Source of the DNA: Candidatus Zambryskiibacteriota bacterium
Lineage (GTDB): Bacteria > Patescibacteriota > Minisyncoccia > Phycocordibacterales > WO2-35-19
Direction of reading: 5' to 3'
DNA length: 44,152 bases
Assembly: GCA_003233455.1 (NCBI GenBank)
Contig: QILQ01000048.1
Location: forward strand, 1 to 44,152
Shown here: positions 44,009-44,152 of the stretch, piece by piece
Position numbering within the stretch: position 1 is the first letter of the stretch
Layout: every line of letters begins with the position of its first letter
Position numbers and translations under genes: made by a program
The notes under the pieces: model-generated
Told to the model about the DNA's origin: nothing
The model's database searches: none
The model's input: the letters and a program-made list of their open reading frames with translations, nothing else

Positions 44009-44042
44009 GCAAAAACCGTCCGCAAGGTCGGTTTTTGCTTTA
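44009..44042 (+). terminator. Rho-independent terminator of rnpB
   Basis: GCAAAAACCG...CGGTTTTTGC hairpin followed by T-rich sequence. Confidence 0.75.
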
Positions 44043-44152
44043 TTCTCTCAAAAATAAAATTTGTTTTAGACACAGACATCTGTCGGTTTTAGTTAACTAA
44101 TAATAACACTTGATTTGGCGATTTTCCATTTAAACCACAGTGAGCTAAATCA

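Overview
Chromosomal segment of an AT-rich, small-genome bacterium using genetic code 11 (TGA is used as a stop). The gene content, minimal IF2, reduced dcw cluster and scarcity of Shine-Dalgarno motifs suggest Patescibacteria/CPR (Parcubacteria-like); this assignment is inference. Most of the window is housekeeping: dnaB, recR, rplU, rmuC, truB, tgt, mraZ-rsmH-ftsL-ftsI, lysS, greA, clpB, iscS, infB, rbfA, 8 tRNAs and RNase P RNA. It also has two P-type ATPases, a GGDEF protein, a four-gene Cys/His-rich (metal/thiol) operon, and a tRNA-Glu-anchored defence island (XRE regulator, EcoRI-like adenine MTase, Fic, DUF262-HNH nuclease, KAP NTPase) bracketed by two near-identical 28-bp palindromes. 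The most unusual signal is a set of distinct short palindromic repeat families. They include in-frame arrays duplicated inside iscS, an in-frame hairpin insert in truB, inverted heptamer arrays enclosing a GxxExxY nuclease gene, an inverted repeat beside a GIY-YIG gene, a dispersed 29-bp palindrome, and a tRNA-derived mini-element. An orphan structured transcript between truB and tgt and an unannotated 58-aa acidic repeat protein were also found. All family assignments come from motif recognition by eye; no searches were run.
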